A stretch of DNA of 64,000 nt from Candidatus Latescibacterota bacterium (GTDB lineage: Bacteria; Latescibacterota; UBA2968): the NCBI GenBank assembly GCA_965198115.1, contig OZ240241.1, forward strand, positions 3,232,001-3,296,000. The letters are read 5' to 3'. This document shows positions 60,529-64,000 of this stretch, one piece after another. The translations under genes and the position numbers were made by a program. The notes beneath the pieces were generated by a model. It was given only the letters and a program-made list of their open reading frames with translations. It was not told where the DNA came from and did no database searches. Each line of letters starts with the position of its first letter. The first letter of the stretch is position 1.

Positions 60529-62037
60529 ATGGCCGCCTCCCACTTGAATCGACGGATGATCCTCATCGGGCTCGATTGCGTCCCACCCGAGTTGCTGTTC
60601 GATCGCTTTCGCGACGACCTGCCGAACATCACTTCCCTCGTCGATCGCGGGCTTTCCGCCCCGCTGAAAAGCACGATTCCTCCCATTACGATTCCGGCGT
60701 GGATGTGCATGATGACCGGCAAGGACCCGGGCACCCTCGGCATCTACGGTCTTCGAAATCGACAGGCCCACGACTATCGACCCCTGGCGGTAGCGAACGC
60801 TCGCCACGTGCTCGAACCCACGATCTGGGATACAGTCGGCGGTGCCGGCGGCCAGGTCATCCTCGTCGGTGTGCCTCAGACCTATCCGCCCCCCAAGATC
60901 AACGGCGTCCTCGTATCGTCGTTCCTCGCCCCCAGCACCGAGTCGATCTTCACGCATCCACCCGAACTGAAAGAGGAAATCGCACGCATTACCCCGGACT
61001 ATATGATCGATGTGCCCGACTTCCGCTCCGACGACAGGGACCGCATCCTTGCCGACATCCACGACATGACCGAGAAGCGGTTTCGATTGTTTCGCCACTT
61101 CCTGTCAACCCGCGACTGGCGGTTCGCGATGCTCGTGGAAATGGGCACCGACCGCATCCACCACGCCTTCTGGCGATTCCTCGACGAGACGCACCGCGAC
61201 CATCAACCCGAATCGCCCTACGCCAACGCAATTCTCGACTACTACCGCGCGATCGATACCGAGGTCGGACAGACGCTCGACCTCATCGACGAGGAAACGA
61301 TCGTCGCCATCGTCTCCGACCACGGCGCTAAACGCATCGACGGCGGCTTCTGCGTCAACGAATGGCTGATCGAACGAGGCGACCTCGTACTGAACCAACG
61401 TCCTCTAACGATCACACCCCTGCAGCTTGACAACATCGACTGGTCGCGCACAAAGGCGTGGGGCGAGGGCGGATACTATGCGCGCATCTTTCTGAACGTC
61501 GAAGACAGGGAACCCGAGGGTCAGATCCCCAAGGTCGACTACGAGCGGACGCGAGATGCAATCGCCGCCGCGATAGAATCCGTTCCAGGACCCGACGGAC
61601 GGACATTGGCGACGATCGCGCATCGGCCCGACCGCATATACCGTCAAGTGCGAGGTCATCCCCCCGACCTCATCGTCCATCTGGACGACCTCTACCTGCG
61701 CTCGATCGGATCGATCGGTCACGGACGTCTTTTCATCGAGGGCAACGACGCCGGGCCCGACGACGCCAATCACGCACAGCACGGCGTCTTCGCCGTCGCG
61801 GGGCCTGGGATAGATCCCAAGAGGATCGACGAAATGGACATACTCGATGTCGCGCCAACGCTATTGGAACAGATGGGGCTCGGGATTCCGGAGGACGTGC
61901 AAGGCCGGAGCGTGATCGCGAAGGTCGCCCACTCGTCGGAGCCCGCGGCCGAAAACGCGGAGGAGACAGAGAGCGTCTACACAGAAGAGGAGCAGCAAGC
62001 GGTCGAGGAACGCCTCAGATCCCTGGGTTACCTTTAG
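60529..62037 (+). CDS. Alkaline phosphatase superfamily phosphodiesterase/nucleotide pyrophosphatase
   Basis: IGLD, STIPPITIPAW, DRIHH, SDHG, ERLRSLGYL. Confidence 0.88.
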   Translation: MAASHLNRRMILIGLDCVPPELLFDRFRDDLPNITSLVDRGLSAPLKSTIPPITIPAWMCMMTGKDPGTLGIYGLRNRQAHDYRPLAVANARHVLEPTIWDTVGGAGGQVILVGVPQTYPPPKINGVLVSSFLAPSTESIFTHPPELKEEIARITPDYMIDVPDFRSDDRDRILADIHDMTEKRFRLFRHFLSTRDWRFAMLVEMGTDRIHHAFWRFLDETHRDHQPESPYANAILDYYRAIDTEVGQTLDLIDEETIVAIVSDHGAKRIDGGFCVNEWLIERGDLVLNQRPLTITPLQLDNIDWSRTKAWGEGGYYARIFLNVEDREPEGQIPKVDYERTRDAIAAAIESVPGPDGRTLATIAHRPDRIYRQVRGHPPDLIVHLDDLYLRSIGSIGHGRLFIEGNDAGPDDANHAQHGVFAVAGPGIDPKRIDEMDILDVAPTLLEQMGLGIPEDVQGRSVIAKVAHSSEPAAENAEETESVYTEEEQQAVEERLRSLGYL

Positions 62038-62069
62038 TCATCTGTCTGCGAATCATCACGGAGGATCCG

Positions 62070-62810
62070 ATGCCGAACGAGATACACAACACCGCCGAAA
62101 TGGGCTCGGGCACGACCGTCGGGCACTATGCTGTCGTATCCGAGCACGTCATCATCGGAAACGGCTGCCGGATCGGCCATCACGCCATCATCCATCCCAA
62201 CACCGTTGTGGGCGACGGCTGCGTCATCGACGACGGGGCCGTCATCGGCAAGCCACCGCTTCGGTCTGCCGCAATGGACATCGAGCCCGGCAGCGACCTA
62301 CCGGGGCTCGAGATTGCAAACGGAACCGTCGTCGGCACGGGGGCGATTCTGTTTCGGGGATCGACGATCGGAAGCGGTAGCCTCGTCGCCGACCTGGCGT
62401 CGGTTCGGGAGAACACGAGAATCGGCGAAAGAACGATAATCGGTCGCGCGTCGGCGATCGAAAACCAGGTCACGATCGGCGATCGATGCAAGGTCGAAGC
62501 AGGGTGTTTTATCTGCGCCTTCAGCGTGATCGAAGACGACTGCTTCGTCGCCCCCGAGGTCACCTTCACGAACGACAATTTCCTCGGCCGAACGGAAGAG
62601 CGGAAGAAGCACTATGCCGGACCAACACTTCGCCGCGGGGCCAGGGTCGGCGCCAACGCTACGATCCTACCCGGGAAGGTCCTCGAGCCCGATGCCCTTG
62701 CTGCCGCCGGCGCGGTCGTGACACGAAATGTTCCTAAACGCGAGATTTTCAAGGGAGTTCCGGCAAAACCCCACGGCTCTGTACCCCCCGAACAATTAGT
62801 CGGTGAGTAG
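62070..62810 (+). CDS. Hexapeptide-repeat sugar N-acetyltransferase (WbpD-like)
   Basis: GGAGG RBS; left-handed beta-helix repeats; FTND, GANATILPG, GVPAK. Confidence 0.88.
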   Translation: MPNEIHNTAEMGSGTTVGHYAVVSEHVIIGNGCRIGHHAIIHPNTVVGDGCVIDDGAVIGKPPLRSAAMDIEPGSDLPGLEIANGTVVGTGAILFRGSTIGSGSLVADLASVRENTRIGERTIIGRASAIENQVTIGDRCKVEAGCFICAFSVIEDDCFVAPEVTFTNDNFLGRTEERKKHYAGPTLRRGARVGANATILPGKVLEPDALAAAGAVVTRNVPKREIFKGVPAKPHGSVPPEQLVGE

Positions 62811-63125
62811 GAACCTTTTTCCCTGCACCACGACGCCCTGAAAGGCGCCTCTCCAATCCATTATTGACTTAAGTATAACTAAAACAATCATTTATATATA
62901 TTAGGCTCGTTCCCTCGAACGCAGGGGAACGGGCCGATTTTCGTGGTATCGCGATTGCACTACGGCGTGAGGGCTAAGGCGATCAAGAGATCCGCCGATA
63001 CTGAAAAGAGACGGGATTCCGACGGAACGGCACCACCCCGCCCGGCCGTTCTCATCTTCGAGTAGCCGAAACTTGCTGGAATGTATCCATTCCCGCCGCC
63101 AGAGGCGTGGAAGGAGGTCGCTGTG

Positions 63126-64000
63126 GTGTTTAGGAAGACACTGCGTCTTCTGGGGCTGATTCTTTTCGCCTACATCCTCACACAGGTGGATGTCGGGAAG
63201 GTCGTGGCGGTCTATCGCGACAGTGACCTCGTCCCTCTGGCTCTCGTGGTCTTGCTCTTCTACCCGACGATCTGGTTCAGGTCGCTACGCTGGCAGCGTC
63301 TTCTCCCCAAGTCCGGCGCCAGGCTCACTCAGAAACAGCTCTTCCGGTCTTACTTGGCCAGCTACTTCGCTGGTACCATCACACCGGGCCGGGTCGGAGA
63401 GCTCAGCCGCGTCGGCTATCTCCGCGCGCACGACGTTCCGATATGGGAATCGGCATTCAGCACGGTCGCAGACCGAGCGCTCGATATCGCCGCCCTCGGG
63501 CTTCTCGCGATGATGGGAGCGATCGTTCTCCTCGACGGCTGGAGCCCCTGGGTCCTCACCTTCGGAACGGCCATCGGCTGTGTGACAATCGCCCTGACGT
63601 GGCGACGAGGGATCGAAAGGGTGCCCGCCCTCATTCGACGACTGCTGCCGCAAAGATGGGGGGAGCGTCTTCACGACCCGGCCAACGCGCTCGTCCAAGG
63701 ACTCGGAAACAACCGCGCCATCGTAGGATCCGCCGTCGGCTGGACAGCCCTCAGCTGGGGGCTTGTCTGCATACAGGTCCTGTTGATGGCCGGCGCCCTC
63801 CACATCGAGGCGGACGCCGCACAGCTCGTCGGCGCCTACAGCCTGGCTGCGGTCGTCGGAGCATTGCCGATCACTGTCGCCGGCGTGGGCACGAGAGATG
63901 CGGCGCTCGTCATCACGTTCGGGTTGGCCGGCCTGCCGGCCGAAACCGCGATCGCGTTCTCATCGGGCGTTCTGCTCCTCTACGTCTTTCAGGGAATCCT
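63126..64000 (+). CDS. Lysylphosphatidylglycerol-synthase TM (flippase-like) protein, runs off the window end; absent from ORF track
   Basis: AAGGAGG RBS, GTG start; RSLRWQRLL, TPGRVGELSR, LPITVAGVGTRD. Confidence 0.85.
   Translation, partial: MFRKTLRLLGLILFAYILTQVDVGKVVAVYRDSDLVPLALVVLLFYPTIWFRSLRWQRLLPKSGARLTQKQLFRSYLASYFAGTITPGRVGELSRVGYLRAHDVPIWESAFSTVADRALDIAALGLLAMMGAIVLLDGWSPWVLTFGTAIGCVTIALTWRRGIERVPALIRRLLPQRWGERLHDPANALVQGLGNNRAIVGSAVGWTALSWGLVCIQVLLMAGALHIEADAAQLVGAYSLAAVVGALPITVAGVGTRDAALVITFGLAGLPAETAIAFSSGVLLLYVFQGI

Noticed and set aside
5921-61331. Long antisense or alternate-frame ORFs (e.g. 5921-6943, 12052-13230, 15611-16963, 35450-36430, 55758-57011, 60576-61331)
   Set aside because: Shadows of well-supported genes in GC-rich DNA; no motifs or RBS
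1-64000. CRISPR array, tRNA or rRNA genes
   Set aside because: No regularly spaced 25-45-bp repeats, cas genes or recognisable tRNA/rRNA sequence seen by eye; a tRNAscan/Infernal run would be needed to exclude them fully

Overview
GC-rich bacterial chromosome segment. Secreted proteins with DFxxDGxVxFxDFxxF dockerin/EF-hand-like tails and a QNYPNPFNP sorting domain suggest an FCB-superphylum organism such as Latescibacterota; this is inference only. Housekeeping and metabolic genes include trmJ, an SSS symporter, arsC, pspA, a coxD/coxE/xdhC-like cluster, an iorA-like gene, mdh and a surface-polysaccharide cluster. About 14 kb (~22%) is insertion sequence: 3 IS630, 2 ISAzo13, a nested IS256, 3 ISL3, and IS3, ISNCY, IS21 and IS200 remnants. 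An accessory region begins at a large serine recombinase (~36.7-52.1 kb). Highlights: (1) an orphan borosin-type peptide alpha-N-methyltransferase; (2) it sits in a duplicated intergenic slot bounded by a three-gene mosaic of neighbouring genes; (3) an unannotated UGA-selenocysteine peroxiredoxin with a SECIS-like hairpin; (4) intergenic 7-9-mer tandem repeats whose recurring families are always on the + strand; (5) two IS families that share and regenerate a CTWAG target; (6) a 4xCHRD/cohesin-like protein next to an NHL/dockerin-like protein; (7) three sigma54 promoters. Most single-base frameshifts lie in short homopolymers and may be sequencing errors. All assignments are from motif recognition, without database searches.
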